DNA from: Haliotis rubra
Taxonomy: Eukaryota
DNA length: 64,000 nucleotides
NCBI RefSeq assembly: GCF_003918875.1
Contig: NW_025767294.1
Location: 434,001 to 498,000, forward strand
Direction of reading: 5' to 3'
Positions within the stretch are counted from its first letter, which is position 1; each line of letters opens with the position of its first letter. A program made the position numbers and the translations under genes. Below, piece after piece: positions 38,701 through 48,594 of this stretch. A model generated the notes under the pieces. It did not search any database. It was not told where the DNA came from and worked only from the letters and a program-made list of their open reading frames with translations.

Positions 38701-41700
38701 AAATATAGAATCTCGACGTTGACGCTGACAGTCATGCCTGGTTTATGGTTACAACAGACCTTATTGATTTATCTTTGATGAATCCATGTCTTTGCAAGTG
38801 TTTCGCCTGGTAATGGCTTGTGTGTTAGTCGATTGAAAAGATGCGGTGGGATTTTCTTTGCTTTTCGTGTAAGTATTCCAGATATATGACGGCAGTTATA
38901 ACTGGAATATTGCTGAGTGTAGCGTTAAACAGCAAGCAAATACTCACGTGGAATCTTTTTTGCGAACATAAGCATTTTCAGTTCCGGCGATTTAATTGTA
39001 TTCCATTTAGCAACTTACTTTAAACACACCTCCCTTCTACCAGGCCACGGGTTATAAAGTGTTATATGCTGAAATATACTCACTCATAGCCTTGACAATC
39101 ATCTACACCAACCAGTTTAATGGTTTGAAGAAACTTTAGTTATTTTTACCTAACTCAAGAGACAATGTTTTTGAAAATCATGATACTGGAATCGATAGTT
39201 GTGAGTCGAAAAAAATAAATGAGTACATAAGTTTGGTTTTATGCCGCTTTGCAACATTTAATCACCAGATATTGGCCGCACGTGTCAATAGAACCAGGAC
39301 CTTTGGCGTGACGAGCAAACGCTCTAACCACTAGGCTTCCAACTGCTTCTCGAAGACAATTAAGATTGGCTGGTTACAATGATGTGTCTCATCACCCGCA
39401 AATACAGTGTTTTTACGGACATTCGTCAATTAAAAAGTCATTCACATTTGTGATATTCATTCAAGTATGTTTCACAATTGTTCATTGAATATTCAAATAT
39501 ACGCTCTGTCAGTTCCCAAGGATTTAATCTATTACATTCAGAAACGTACTTTAAACACACCTCCCTTGTGCCAGGCCACGGATTCTAAAGTGTTACCCAG
39601 GTATTGGACATGGTCCACATGCAGCGAGGTAATTCCACATACAGCTGGTCTTTCAACAATGTTGGTGCAGTCGTATTGACCTCCTATTCCAACTTCAAGA
39701 ATCAGAGCATCAACTCCTTGCGCAAGGAAGAGGTCGAACGCTAGTAGAGTCAGAAAGGCAAATGCATGTGGCATATCGTCTTCTGAGTCCTGTAAAGAAT
39801 ACATTGATTTTTATGCTATTAAGTATATATTTCCCGGGATGCATGTGTTGAACGTTGAGCTTGATTACTTCCAGACCAAAGGCAAATGCATGTGGCATAT
39901 CGTCTTCTGAGTCCTGTGAAGAGGGGAGATAGTATTCTTTCTTTTCCTGATAACAAGTAAATATGTGTTTAGCTTGATTATTTCCAGACCATCTTGACGT
40001 GTCTACAACGAATGTGGAAACATTCATTTTTATGATATCTTTCTGAGTAATATATTTAAGAAATAGTTCACGGAATATATATGTTGAACTTTGACATTAA
40101 AAAATTCTAGGCCATCGTGATATGTCCCGTATTTTGTGGATTCCTTCTTTGAACAATTACTCAAATATTCAAACATTCTCCTCGAATTGTGAATCTCTGT
40201 ATCTGTTCAAACGACAGGCCATTCGTCACCACTCGCCTCTTTCCCTAACCTCCAAGAAGACTCGTCCCCCTCTCGATGCTTGTTATGTGCGAAAATACGA
40301 CAAACCAATCAGAACGCGCGTAAATGACTGCGGTGCTTTGGTAAAAATAATCCCGAGTACTTAAATCGTTTATGGCATTATGTCATTGTTTAAAAAATCA
40401 TGAACAATATATATCGTCATATTGAAAGCAAAAGAACTTAGCTAACATGATTGTGCTGCCTGTTATGAAGTTTTCGATAAGAATCATGCGATTGACGGTG
40501 AGAGATTCAAATACATGCACGTGCGTTTGTTGACATTACGGCTCTCATGTTTCCACTGAGGGTATTTCTGACGATGTTGCGGGCTTGCTATGGAGATTGT
40601 ACGTGCGCTTCCAACAATTTTAGGAAATATAATTATAAATCGCTACGCGTTTCAAAACAATAATATTAGACATATATCTGCATGTAACTAATCAACTTTA
40701 ATCTTTAACATTGGACATATATTTCACATCTTTGGGAATATTTTAGTCTGACTCTTTTTTTGTAGTCATTCATATATTTTTCACCGAATTCATTCAAAAT
40801 TCCACTTTGGGTATAACAGCAAGGTTACACGAATGTTCAGTTTGAGACATATTTTCAAGTCATTTTTGAGTTTCTGCTTTGGGATTTAATGTAGCTTTAA
40901 TAAATGTTATTTACATATTTAATAAAACAAATCCCATTTGTGATTATCGAACCCTATTTAGAAATATGATTGGAAATATAAGGTGAACATCTGGTAATAA
41001 TTACGTCAGAATAAGTCTGTAACAAATATGTTTTTCTCCTTCTTTTAGTTGTATCAAAACGGTTTAATTCTTCAAAACCATAAACACCAACACAATGTAT
41101 GATTACTTCGGTGATATTAAGTACCATTGGAATCAAACAAGAATAGAGTTATCGTTCCTGTTTGAAGAAGTTCTGATGTTCATGCGCCAATATGAAATCC
41201 TTCCAGAGGGGCACGAGTCGCTATTCGGCTTGTCCCGGAATAACACGAGTTGGTCACGAATGGCCCGACTGAAGTTTTACTATTCACGGGCTAGCGGGCC
41301 AGTGGTTATTTCGCACACTGTTGTAGTACAGTCGTGTGTATTTGTTTTCCACAATTAAAGTTAACGATATTAGATCATCAAACACTCGAGGCAAAGGGTT
41401 AATTTTCTGTCCAAATTCCCTCTATTTGATTCTGTAACATAAATCTGACATCAGACTGGAATGCATAAAGAAACAGATCAGGACTGCTATACACACATTC
41501 GTGTTTCCTTAACAATATGCAGTGAACTGAGACTGTGTATATCAATACCCTTAATTTGAAGAGTTTGTTGTAAATGTCCCAGAAATGGTCCTTGAAGAGA
41601 CTCGTCCCAACAGGCTTGCCGTCACACAGGAACCTCTCAGTGATGCTCACCAGATGAGGGGAACTATGCAGGACAAAAGACACATATTAAACAATGAGAA

Positions 41701-44700
41701 AACATACAGACAGACAGACATACAGATTTATTCAATAAAGAGGCCTTGGGCCCATGATACATGCTTTCTTGGTGATATCTATAATAATTTGGGTGAGAAT
41801 ATAGCTGCAGAGCAGGCACAGGTATGCAAATTTGTAACAAATATCGTATGGACAACAAAATGCATTTATAAATTGTTGGTTTTAACTGATGAGCCTTACT
41901 GTGTACCAGAAATAACTGAAGGGCTAAATGCTTTGGGTTAATAGTATTGAGTCAAAGTTTCTATACTTTGTAAAAACACATACGTATACTACGCATGGAT
42001 AGAGACAATACCGTGTACCAGTTATAACTGCAAGACTAAGTTCTTATGAATTAATAGGGTTGGCTCTCAGTTTACATACTTCATATGATGCATAGTGATG
42101 CAATCATGAATAGACTAAAATTTTAGCTTGTAAATTATAAAGGCCATTACAGGTTTTCTTGTTGACCACCGTGATAACATGTGTAGCATGTGTGCTAATG
42201 TCTGTGCCACAATTGTCCGTGTCGTGCTTGATCTCAAACAATGACGAATCAGGTCAGAATCGATCTTCAGCAACCCATGCCTGTCATAAGAGGCGACTAA
42301 CAGCATCGAGTGGTCAGGCTCGTCGACCTCGTTTACAAATGTTAACGTATCCCATTTGCGTTGATGGATGCTTATGTTGTTGATCACTGGATTGCCTGGT
42401 CCAGACTAAATTATTCCCACACCGCTGTCATATAACTGGAATATTGCTGTGTGCACGTTAAATAGCAAATAACAAACATGCCTGACCTCACCTGTATACG
42501 CCAGTCTTGTAACCATGGTGACGAAGAATGTTTTCACAAAAAGCGCTTGTTGAACCTTTTCCTTTTGTGCCAGTGATGTGGAGGACGTTGAGTTTCGAAA
42601 GGTCGGACACCTGCAGGAAGCAAGACCAGACCTCTTAACATCAACCACTTCCATTCGTATCAGAATACTCGTGAAGATCCGGGTTAGAAATGATCTTCAG
42701 TAACCCATGCTTGTCGTAAGAGGCGACTAACGGGATCGGATTGTTAGGCTTGCTGACTTGGTTGACACATGGCATCGTATCCCAATTTCGTAGATCAATG
42801 TTCATGCTGTTGATCCTTGGATTGTCTGGTCCAGACTCGATTATTTACAGACTGCCGCCATATAGCTGGAATATTTCTGAGTGCGGCGTATAACTAAACT
42901 CACTCACTCAGTCGTATCAGAAATATTCAGTTGCCATCAGTATACACGGTTACCAATTTCCGTCCCAATCCAGTCAACATGTTCTACTTGCAGCAGACTA
43001 CTGGTTTTGTGATTCAAATGATTCGCTGGGCAACTTATGTCTGTGTGCAGCGGCCACATGTTGCACTGCCATTTGCAAATCTTTAGGATGTCCGTGAAGA
43101 TACGGGTCAGAATTGGTCTTCAGCAACCCATGCTTGTTTTTATATTGTATTGTTCAAATGTTTTAGATTTAATTACTAGTTTTGAATTGATATTTGTGAT
43201 AATCTAGTTGTTTTATTGTTCTTCGTTGACAGGTTTTTATAATTGACCTTAAATAATTATTAATCTATAACCTGATTTAGTCACGATATGGCTGAATTAT
43301 TGTCTATGTGACTGTAAATTTTACTTCACTCACTCACTCATCGTATCCCAATAGCATAGATTACGCTGCTCATCAATGGATTGTCTGGTGAAGACTTATA
43401 TATTTACAGACCGCCGCCATATAGCTAGAATATTGCTGCGTGTAGCGTTACACAACAAACCGACCAACAGAAGTTAATTGTTTATACAAAGTCGAACCAG
43501 AGGAAATCGTCACACAGGTGACACGTTTTCAACAAAATACCCATCCCAATGCCCTTTGCCATTCCTTGATAGGCGTGGTCAGGTTTCGCGACGTCTTAAT
43601 GAACGTCAGCCTGACACCTCGTGACAGGTTTGGCAGTGAAACGATTATGATGTAGGTTGGAATCGCCATGACTGACAAACACCCACATCGTATTGTGCAA
43701 GGAAGTGTCACTGGGTAGTACTTCCGGGTCAACATACTGACACCCTTTGTTGTTCCGTTTGCAAAACGTGTGGGTGGATGTTTGGTTTCTGATTTCCAAA
43801 TTCGTTTATGTTTATGGCACATATCTAACTAGTAACTAATATCTCTGACAAGTTTGGAAATTTCATCAGTTGTATAATATATCCTACCTCTTATTGAAAT
43901 AAACATGCATGGTCGAGGGCGTAAATGGCAGTGCAATAATAGCTAATTGAAACAGACTGAATGATACATATTTTGTGATTCATTCGATAAAATAAACTCC
44001 TTACATTCTGTCCCATCCGCTTCATATACTTCTTCATGTGACGGATGTTTGCGAGGTAGTTCAAGCCTGGAGTATGCAGACCATGCCAAGTTTTCATGGT
44101 TTCCTGAAATAATAGCCAAGAAACCGAGTATGATCTTTATCAGACATATAGGTTTCATATGCATTTCGACAGCTTATCAACTATAGTGCCAAGTGTGATT
44201 ACAAACCATTTAACATGGTTAAATCGTCGAGGGGCTCATTCATCGATTTCGGTGGGCGGTAGGCTAGCCTAGTGGTTAAAGCGTTCGCTCGCCACGCCAA
44301 AGGCCGGGATTCGATTCCTCAATTTGTAAAAGCCAATATATGATGTCCCCCGCCGTCATATCGCCGGAATATTGCTAAAATTGGCATAAAACCCAACTCA
44401 CTCACTCATTATCTTACAGGACCTTCACTTTTTCCTGTAAGGACCTTGCACGTTTAACCATGACGCTGGGGTAAAACATAACAGATAATTCTGATCAAAA
44501 AGCGTTAAAAACCAAACTCTCCAATACCGACTGGACCTGTCAGTTCCCGTTTTCGGCACGTAAGTCGCTATAAAGACTAATAACTATCCTGCTCTTTCAA
44601 TGGTTCCTTCCGTAGCCTGGGTCCACTTAACACTTGTTTTATTCAGTTGTTGTTTAAAGCCGCACTCAGCAATATTTCATTTGAATACATGACACGTTTT

Positions 44701-45334
44701 ATTGATAACAATTGCTTTTTTATACTTTACAGCAGAATTAGCTCTGAAACGTGTTTTTTAATGTTGAGACAACGTAGTGTGAATTTAGAGGATAGACAAC
44801 AAAAAGCGACACATAATAGCAATATAATGAGAATATGAAACAACTCATCACCTGATAAAGGGGCAAGAATTAGCTCTGAAACGTTGTGTTTTTTAATGTT
44901 GAGACAACGTAGTGTGAATTTAGAGGATAGACAACAAAAAGCGACACATAATAGCAATATAATGAGAATATGAAACAACTCATCACCTGATAAAGGGGCA
45001 AGAATTAGCTCTGAAACGTTGTGTGGAGAATGAAACAGAAGTTGTTGTCCATAAAACGTGTCATGTATTAATGTTCGTCCAACTTCTAAATGCCTTTCAA
45101 AATCTTCACTATTTCGTTATCCCTTGCTTTTGGATGTTGAGACAACCTAGTGTGAATTTAAAGGATAGACAACAAAAGCGACACATAATAGCAACATAAT
45201 GAAAATCTGAAACTCACATCGTATGATACAGAATGATGTCGGATCTGTCGTCCTAGTTTATGCTCACGTGCATGTGTTTTAACCCAAGGACCACGTAACA
45301 ATGTTCTCATCATTTTCGCTCTTCGTTGTAGCAT
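26762..45334 (-). CDS. FPGS: Folylpolyglutamate synthase-like protein, paralog 2 (13 coding exons, ~584 aa, mitochondrial presequence)
   Basis: Exons (minus) 45334-45218, 44103-44005, 42610-42492, 41663-41549, 39789-39550, 38697-38620, 38000-37856, 36023-35916, 35399-35302, 33045-32993, 31724-31649, 28817-28751 and 27201-26762. Phases match paralog 1 exon for exon, lengths match except exons 1, 8 and 13, and the same motifs are present. Intron 8 is AT-AA. Confidence 0.92.
27589..28122. repeat. 48-bp minisatellite x11 containing the family B tail
   Basis: AACAGATTCCACAGGCATATAGCTGGAATATTGCTGAGTGCGATRTTM; accounts for the 16-aa repeat ORFs. Confidence 0.97.
28438..28606 (+). mobile_element. 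Family A SINE, (CAGT)n-tail subfamily
   Basis: Full-length with A and B boxes. Confidence 0.9.
29624..29870. repeat. ~122-bp tandem duplication
   Basis: Two near-identical copies. Confidence 0.9.
30318..30563 (+). mobile_element. Full-length family B retroposon
   Basis: ACCCGTGAAGATC head through to the (CACT) tail. Confidence 0.92.
31738..31905 (+). mobile_element. Family A SINE
   Basis: Full-length; sits next to the acceptor of FPGS2 exon 11. Confidence 0.9.
32222..32801. mobile_element. Tc1/mariner(pogo)-type MITE
   Basis: TA|CAGTCAAGCACC ... GGTGCCCGACTG|TA imperfect TIRs with a TA TSD and subterminal CTCGATAT repeats. Confidence 0.85.
33068..33308 (-). mobile_element. Full-length family B retroposon
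   Basis: Flanked by AATAGAAA duplications. Confidence 0.92.
33452..33685 (+). mobile_element. Diverged family B retroposon
   Basis: Starts GACCCGTGAAGATCCGGGTTAG. Confidence 0.8.
34475..34885 (+). mobile_element. tRNA-headed SINE with a Deu/Nin-like body and an L2-type tail
   Basis: B-box-like GGGATCGAGCCC; GTCAGCTTTGTGTGCACACTCT; CCAGCTGCGAATGGGTACCT; tail GCGCTATATAAA..(ATT)n. Confidence 0.6.
36130..36365 (+). mobile_element. Family B retroposon heading the second composite unit
   Basis: Full-length. Confidence 0.9.
36357..37080. repeat. 67-bp minisatellite x~11
   Basis: Same unit as 12818-13425. Confidence 0.97.
37637..37805 (-). mobile_element. Family A SINE, (CAGT)n subfamily
   Basis: Full-length; ACCATTCGTT present on both flanks. 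Confidence 0.92.
38095..38255 (-). mobile_element. Family A SINE
   Basis: Full-length. Confidence 0.88.
42250..42475 (+). mobile_element. Family B retroposon
   Basis: Body and tail. Confidence 0.8.
42668..42910 (+). mobile_element. Full-length family B retroposon
   Basis: TCGTATCAGAA TSD on both flanks. Confidence 0.93.
43090..43468 (+). mobile_element. Family B retroposon interrupted by a family D tail (43135-43340)
   Basis: B head, then D segment, then B body and tail. Confidence 0.75.
43560..43730 (+). mobile_element. Degenerate Tc1-like transposase fragment
   Basis: [19 protein letters not shown] resembles the Tc1 motif DRFGGGSVMVWGGI...KT. Confidence 0.45.
44253..44408 (+). mobile_element. 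Family A SINE
   Basis: A and B boxes plus tail. Confidence 0.85.
44686..45100 (+). mobile_element. Penelope-like terminal-repeat relic, amplified in tandem (~135-bp units)
   Basis: CTGATAAAG..GAAACGTT hammerhead-like core; a short inverted copy lies at 44686-44720; related fragments at 21070 and 30100. Confidence 0.5.
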
Positions 45335-46102
45335 CCCCGCTTATGAGTCTTTTAGGGATAAACAGTCACCGTTTTATAATGTTCGTGGCATGTTTGCAAA
45401 TGGAAATTGAGATTTAGATTTAATTGGTAATCATTAGGCACGAAATGATGTGACCCACTGACAATATTTTAGTTATTTACATATTTGATTACTAAGTATC
45501 AAATTTTAATTACCATAGAGTCACGATCATTATGGTTGGTAATCATTAAATGTTTTCACAGTCATGTGTGAAGGTGTGTTTCTTGATCAAATTACTAATT
45601 AAATTCAGCTGATTTGTCCATGTCTCAGCGAAAACAAAACACAATCCAGAATTTGTTTTTTTCCAGAAGAGGGCAATATGTAGGAACTAGGACACGCGAA
45701 CCCGACCCCCTATGTAATTTGATCATATCAGAGTCACAGGCCGAGTTGCGGTTCGATTGGTTCGTTTGTTGTTGTTTTACGCCGCACTCAGCAATATTCC
45801 ATCTGTATGGCGGCGGTGCGAAACTAATCGTGTCTGGACCAGACAATCCAGTGATCAACAACATCAGCATCGATATACACAATGGGGATACGATGACATG
45901 TGGCACCCAAATCAGCGAGCTTGACTACTCCAATCTAACTGTTTTATGTGTAGTTGAATGTAAGTTTTTTAGGATTTGGGGAGTCTGGGCTTTAAGCCTT
46001 CTTATATGTCGAAAGTTCCCTTTGTGAGCATTTTGCATTCATGGCACATAAAACTGGCGTGCCACGGACTCCAGTCATGGACCACGAGCGCCTTACACTT
46101 TA

Positions 46103-46275
46103 CATACATTTCGCCATCTACCTTACACAATAGATACATTTCGCCACCTACCTTACACAGTAGATACATTTCACCATCTACCTTACACAATACATACATT
46201 TCGCCATCTACCTTACACAATACATACATTTCGCCATCTACCTTACACCACACATACATTTCGCCATCTACCTTA
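46103..46275. repeat. 30-bp minisatellite x6
   Basis: TACATTTCGCCATCTACCTTACACAATACA. Confidence 0.95.
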
Positions 46276-46547
46276 GACATGATGTCGTTGATCTCTTGTT
46301 ATCCTAGCCATAGCTGCTGGGTTAAAAAAACAAGTGAACTGAGCAATTCCAATGGATTGTTTGGACTTTTCGGCATTCCTTTGCTCTTACTCCTTTGACC
46401 ACATGTCGGACATCAATTACACCCAAAGCTTCTTTTTTTTAACATCATACAACATCACTGACAAACAAACCCTATGAGGACGTAACTAATGTTATCAGGA
46501 TGTATATTTTGCTAACCGTTATTTATGCTGTAATATATCTTTGAAAC

Positions 46548-46711
46548 AGTGAGTTGAGTGAGTTTAGTTTTACGTCGCTTTTATCAAAATTCCAGCAATA
46601 TAACGGCGGGGGACACCAGAAAAGGGCTTCACACATTCTATCCATGCGGGCAATCGAACCCGGGTCTTCGGTGTGACGAACTCTTTAACCATTAGGCTAC
46701 CCCGTCGCCCC
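46548..46711 (-). mobile_element. Family A SINE
   Basis: TTTGAAACAG duplicated on the flanks. Confidence 0.9.
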
Positions 46712-46979
46712 TGTTTGAAACAGCCTTTGAACTAATCGCGGCCAATTCCGTCCATTATGTTTCTACCTCAATAAACCGACCATTTCATCGATATTGCTTA
46801 GCTAATGGACAATAGTCGGTGAATTTATACTTTGACATACACGCCGTATGCCTATCATCGTAGGGATAGGAACTTTAGAATGAAATGACATTGTTGGACA
46901 TCAAGATTTCAATCAAAGGCGCTTACGTGACCTAAATTGCCTCAGTCGGATGGGTGTGTAACTGCAACAAATACGTCCA

Positions 46980-47140
46980 TGAGTGAGTGACTGAGTTGGG
47001 TTTTATGCCGCTTTTAACAATATTACAGCAATATCACGGTGGGGGACACCTGAAATGGGCTTCACACATTGTACCAATGTGAGGAATGGAACCACGGGCC
47101 TTCGTCGTGACGAGCCAACGCTTTAACCACTAGGCTACCC
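46980..47140 (-). mobile_element. Family A SINE
   Basis: Body and tail. Confidence 0.85.
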
Positions 47141-47330
47141 ATGCAGCTTATTTCAATATTGATTCCTGCCAAAGTAGTCCCAGTATTTTTAAATCAGTGT
47201 TGACGAACGGTTTGACTAGTTTCAGTTCAACCCGTTCTGACCAACTGAGGCATGTATAAATCGGTGATCTAAGAAATGGTATACTGATTCATTTAACCAT
47301 GATTCTTAACGTTTTCCTCCTTTCAGAGCC

Positions 47331-47545
47331 GATCTGTGAAGACCAAAGGTTAGAATTTGTCTTCAGCAAACCATGCTCGTCGTAAAGGGCGACTGACGGG
47401 ATGAAGTTGTATCCCAATTGTGTAGATCGATGCTCATGCCATCGATCACTGAATTGTCTGTTCTATACTAGATTATTTACAGACCGCCGCCATATAACTG
47501 TAATATTGCTGAGTGCGGCGTAAAACAACACTCAGTCATTCAATC
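47331..47545 (+). mobile_element. Family B retroposon, internally deleted
   Basis: TSD CCTTTCAGAGCC on both sides. Confidence 0.88.
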
Positions 47546-48309
47546 AAAATAACCTTTCAGAGCCAAAAGAAAATCGGAGATAATGAGTGCGAAGTGGCAA
47601 CTTGGTGAAAGGGGAACAACCTGTTTGTCTTCGACAGGGGGCGTTAGGTGTCACGACACTGCTTCGATCTTTCCGCGGAGTTACCTGGTTGGAATATACA
47701 CCTTTGTTCTCAAGAATGGCTTTTCGATGCTCTGTACATTTCGTTTTTCATCTGGCAAGCATTGGTTTCTGAAGACTGGCATCTTCACTGGACGAAATAC
47801 CGGTGTATATTTCAGCCATGCAATAAAAATATAATATCTAATTTTATTCTAATTTAATTCTCTAAACCAACTTATATTGAAAGAACATAATTCATGATTA
47901 TCTTCGCAAACGATCATTCTCTTCACATTGAATGCGACACATGAAAGGAACTGTACAGCCTCGCAGGTAATACATGTGAACATTGGCGAGTCTCATATAC
48001 AAACAAAATTGTCATATTACGATTTACTAAAGACAGGGGTCCGTACCACTAAGCGATCGTAGCGACTTGTCGACGTTTATATGGAAAGATCAAGTTAGAG
48101 GTACAATTGCTTGATGTAAGGAGCCTGCTGGATAAATAAAGGACATGAATGAGTGTTTGCTGCTTACGTCACAGACAGTTATATCATTGTATCTCTGAGA
48201 ATGTGTGGAGCATGGTGAGCGCATGCATGTTTTCCATGTACAACCATCGCTTCCGTGACGTCACACTTGGTAACCACAAAATCATCATAATGTTGCTCAG
48301 AAGCATCAT

Positions 48310-48543
48310 GAGTGAGTGAGTTTAGTTTTACGCCGCACTCAGCTATATGGCGGCGGTCTGTACATAATCGAGTCTGGACCAGACGATCCAGTGATCAGCA
48401 TCATGAGCATCGATCTACGCAACTGGGATACGATAACTTGTGTTAAACAAGTCAGCGAGCCTGACCACCCGATCCTGTTACTTACCTCTTACGACAAGCA
48501 TGGGTTCCTGAAGACCACAATTCTAACCTGGATCTTCACGGGT
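48310..48543 (-). mobile_element. Family B retroposon
   Basis: Head through to tail. Confidence 0.88.
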
Positions 48544-48594
48544 AAGAAAAACAGGAAGTTTTTTCATATGGCTAATCAACAAACATAGATGTTG

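Noticed and set aside
42668-42735. Canonical HDV-like ribozyme call based on GCGACTAA
   Set aside because: No P1/P1.1/L3 arrangement could be built; kept only as an unclassified structured motif.
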